From positions 384,001 through 448,000 of the forward strand of contig CAVVHE010000005.1 of assembly GCA_963748015.1 (NCBI GenBank): a stretch of 64,000 bases of DNA, written 5' to 3'. The notes beneath the pieces are model-generated. The model ran no database searches, was not told where the DNA came from, and was given only the letters and a program-made list of their open reading frames with translations. This DNA comes from Terriglobia bacterium (GTDB taxonomy: Bacteria; Acidobacteriota; Polarisedimenticolia; Polarisedimenticolales; JAIQFR01). The translations under genes were made by a program, and so were the position numbers. This document shows, one piece after another, positions 63,529 to 64,000 of the stretch. Within the stretch, counting starts at the first letter, position 1. Each line of letters starts with the position of its first letter.

Positions 63529-64000
63529 ATGATCGTTTACACCGCCAGGCACGTGATTCCCGTGTCCTCTCCGCCCGCGAGCGACGGGGCCGTGGCGGTC
63601 CACGAGGGACGCATCACCGCGGTCGGCCGCAAGTCGGAGGTCCTGAAGGCGGCCGGCGCCGGCGCTACGGTCCAGGACCTCGGCGATGCGGTGCTGATCC
63701 CCGGGCTGGTGAACGCCCACGCGCACCTCGACCTGTCCTGGATGCGGGACGATCCGCCTCCCGGCGGGTCGTATTTCGCCTGGTTCCAGGACCGCACCGA
63801 GCGGGTCGACCAGTCCGCCGACACCGTCCGCCGCGAGGCGGCGGAGAAGGCCGCGGCCGAGATGATCGCTAGCGGCACGGTGGCCGTGGGGGACGTGGCC
63901 GGGGTGCCTTGGACCGCGGGAATCCTCGCGCGGGCGCCGCTCCACGCCGTGGTCTTTCTCGAGCTGATGGGGCTGAGGTCGGACGAGGCGGAGCGGCTTC
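63529..64000 (+). CDS. Amidohydrolase family protein (partial)
   Basis: MIVYTARHVIP...GRITAVG...LIPGLVNAHAHLDLS...SGTVAVGD; open to window end. Confidence 0.88.
   Translation, partial: MIVYTARHVIPVSSPPASDGAVAVHEGRITAVGRKSEVLKAAGAGATVQDLGDAVLIPGLVNAHAHLDLSWMRDDPPPGGSYFAWFQDRTERVDQSADTVRREAAEKAAAEMIASGTVAVGDVAGVPWTAGILARAPLHAVVFLELMGLRSDEAERL

Overview
A very GC-rich bacterial window; gene content suggests an uncultured Acidobacteriota-type genome (inference only). It has about 45 CDSs. (1) 1-7444 is a tandem array of three ~3-kb paralogous secreted Kelch-like beta-propeller genes with near-constant ends and variable aromatic-rich loops; a fourth family member with a different C-terminal half lies at 40385-44395. 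(2) Housekeeping and envelope genes include a patatin/beta-barrel protein, mpg, a DUF3857/transglutaminase pair, HAD, TatD, NUDIX, cysteine desulfurase, ferredoxin, xseA (with an extra N-terminal domain), xseB and dus. (3) A padR-membrane protein-serpin-DUF2238 operon has a consensus promoter and a perfect operator. (4) An accessory patch (~29.0-33.9 kb) is bounded by a MITE-like remnant and the 3' half of a tRNA-Asn; it carries a membrane/spermidine-synthase-like fusion, an orphan Hcp with a Sec signal peptide, a Cys-rich secreted protein and gene remnants. (5) Tricorn and S9 peptidase genes are separated by a 114-bp palindromic tandem repeat. (6) The right part holds gloB, a Ser/Thr kinase, two large fold-back elements, class II nrdJ with NrdR boxes, PilZ, queG, trmJ, an M1 peptidase, rmuC, a MacAB-like transporter and a partial amidohydrolase. 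Many single-base frameshifts (Kelch array, tricorn, xseA, one DUF3857 gene) look like consensus errors rather than decay. All calls come from motif recognition by eye; no searches were run.
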